64,000 bases of DNA, from contig NW_019028980.1 of NCBI RefSeq assembly GCF_002105155.1, positions 1,240,001 to 1,304,000 on the forward strand. Direction: 5' to 3'. Positions 63,706 to 64,000 of this stretch are shown one piece after another (the first letter of the stretch is position 1; each line of letters starts with the position of its first letter). This DNA comes from Lobosporangium transversale. Its lineage: Eukaryota. Both the position numbers and the translations under genes were made by a program. The notes beneath the pieces are model-generated. The model ran no database searches. It saw only the letters and a program-made list of their open reading frames with translations, and was not told the DNA's origin.

Positions 63706-64000
63706 TTAATTCTTCAGATTCGTACCGGCTGATCCTCCTGAATATGCAGCTTCGGTGTCGATTTTTATAACACGCTGTCTCACATCTTTTACGCATTCAG
63801 GTGTTTTCTCGGCAATCCAACCTTCGAGGGTACGAAACTTCTGAACTTTAAAATCGTCATATACGTTTCCTGGCACCGCAAAATAGAGGAAAATGGTATC
63901 GTCACTTCCCTTCGACATTGATTGGTCTCCCTTCGACTTTGATCGGTGTCCCTTCAAGCAGGGTCCAGTAATACAATCAATTATCTCCTTGAATGGTGCT
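63706..64000 (-). CDS. 3' end of a Crinkler (CRN)-like gene running off the window
   Basis: Open frame from the window edge: APFKEIIDC...IFLYFAVPGNVYDDFKVQKFRT...VKDVRQRVIKID, matching the LYFxVP..YD.F..Q CRN C-terminal pattern. Confidence 0.65.
   Translation of the reverse strand, partial: APFKEIIDCITGPCLKGHRSKSKGDQSMSKGSDDTIFLYFAVPGNVYDDFKVQKFRTLEGWIAEKTPECVKDVRQRVIKIDTEAAYSGGSAGTNLKN

Overview
Eukaryotic, intron-rich fungal DNA. The gene families, short GT-AG introns and very long A/T tracts point to an early-diverging fungus, most likely Mortierellaceae (inference). The window is dominated by five paralogous NLR-like STAND genes of about 2000 aa, here called NLR-A to NLR-E. Each has two coding exons that the ORF track shows as separate ORFs. 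The shared architecture is: ~110-aa N-terminal helical domain, variable Asn/Ser-rich linker, ARM-like helical domain, one conserved phase-1 intron, NACHT, pentapeptide repeats, long WD40 array, conserved C-terminal GLSEANR tail. NLR-A and NLR-E look intact. NLR-B has lost the N-terminal domain and the tail, NLR-C is frameshifted and truncated, and NLR-D has a nonsense codon just before the intron. The paralogs are mosaics joined by near-identical tracts. NLR-D and NLR-E form a ~6.8-kb inverted duplication around three unrelated genes, and their differences concentrate in WD40 top-face loops. Other genes: enoyl-CoA isomerase, AA11-like LPMO, a Gln-rich protein, a small secreted Cys-rich protein, an RPEL protein, a Pib2-like FYVE protein, a SUCLG2-type succinyl-CoA ligase beta subunit, a DUF1640 protein, mitochondrial bL19 and V-ATPase subunit H. 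Also present are a Stowaway-like MITE nested in a dead pogo transposase and decayed Crinkler-like genes at the right end. Indels in the bL19 gene suggest some single-base frameshifts may be assembly errors. All alignments were done by eye.
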